Shown piece after piece: positions 62,966-64,000 of a DNA stretch of 64,000 bases (the first letter of the stretch is position 1; each line of letters starts with the position of its first letter). Source of the stretch: Squalus acanthias (Eukaryota). Location: the NCBI GenBank assembly GCA_030390025.1, contig CM059432.1, positions 13,020,001-13,084,000 on the forward strand. Direction: 5' to 3'. Made by a program: the position numbers and the translations under genes. The notes beneath the pieces were generated by a model. The model made no database searches. It worked only from the letters and a program-made list of their open reading frames with translations, and was not told the origin of the DNA.

Positions 62966-63859
62966 ATCTCGGAATTTTAATTCAATGACCCAAAAATTGC
63001 GGTCGGCAGCGTAGCTCCGGAGTACACCGCCGACCTACGGAAAGAATACAAACTTCCCTTGTGCGAGGCCCAGATCGGAGACTTGCTGTTTGGCGGTGCG
63101 GAGTCGTGCGCAGCGTATGACGACAGGAAGGCCAGGCGCGCAGCGTGCAGCCTCTGCGTAAGGGAGGGCACGCCCACAAAATCTGTCGAAACTGAGCCAC
63201 GCCCACAGGAACCTCTCAGTCTCTTCCATTGAAATCACATTTTAAATACCTTTTAAAAACTTTCAATGAAGCTGGTACTTGGACTTATTTCATTTATCGG
63301 CATTTTGTTAAAATGATGTCACAAAAATACCAACAACAGTTTGCCACCTGTTTTCCACTTGAAGGTTAAAAAAAAGATAATTTGAGGTCAATGGAAAGGT
63401 TCTCGTCGTTTACTAAAGTGAAGTAAATCGTTTAGCTGTTCCGCCTTCTGTTAGCTGGCTTGCGCTGCCATTTCCACTGGCTTTTAGTTTGTGCTCATGG
63501 TCCTACCATTCTATCACAAGCCTTCCTTTGCAAGAGATTTCAACCAGACCAGGAATTACGGTGCTGGGTAGTAACTGCGGACTGCGAACTCCCTATCTGT
63601 ATAAACAAGTACCTGGTTAAGGTTCAGACACAATGGATGACACACATCATCACTTAACAGACCCTTTGCATAGTGAAGATCGGGGTTCGGTGCACGGATG
63701 TGTGCGTGAAAACTTAGTTCACAGTTCTTTTCTTTTCCCTTGTATCAACACGTAACCAGGATTCATGATCTTAATAGCAGGTTTGCTGGAGACATATCCA
63801 CTGGCCAATCAACGTACCATTTAACCTGCTGTTGTCATCTCATCTCACTCACTCTTTCC

Positions 63860-64000
63860 CAGGTAATTCTAATCCTGCCCTCTTGAGCATCCCTGATTAT
63901 AATCGCTCAACCTTTGGCGGCTGTGTCTTCTGTTGCCGAGGCCCTAAGCTCTGGAATTCTCTGCCTAAACCTCTCCGCCTCTCTACCTCTCTTTCCTCCT
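63860..64000 (+). mobile_element. L2 LINE 3' fragment running off the window
   Basis: Reverse complement of 19640-19730 and 19950-19990. Confidence 0.75.

Overview
This is eukaryotic, repeat-dense vertebrate DNA, most likely from a cartilaginous fish (shark-type CR1 LINEs and HE1/V-like and Deu-like SINEs; the species is my inference). The window holds one complete protein-coding gene on the + strand, APCDD1 (membrane-bound Wnt inhibitor). It has five coding exons (6493-6565, 18011-18191, 22880-23411, 38216-38537, 44490-44947), all with GT-AG introns in compatible phases. They give a 1566-nt CDS and a 521-aa protein, followed by a ~1.2-kb 3' UTR. Nearly everything else is transposon-derived: many CR1 and L2 fragments, one near full-length CR1 with a 74-bp tandem-repeat 5' end, an RTE fragment, three tRNA-SINE families, Penelope-like terminal repeats with minimal hammerhead ribozyme cores, many PIF/Harbinger-type non-autonomous elements, hAT remnants and two G-rich minisatellites. 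Four observations stand out. (1) A 57-nt inverted copy of the exon 2/intron 2 junction lies 1 kb upstream in intron 1 and could mask the 5' splice site. (2) Intron 1 contains nested long inverted repeats: a MITE pair enclosing a SINE inserted backwards into its own twin. (3) Two families of hammerhead-bearing Penelope-like hairpin insertions are present. (4) Several deep transposon nests have readable target-site duplications (TSDs). Family names come from my recall of consensus sequences, not database searches, and repeat boundaries are approximate unless a TSD is given.
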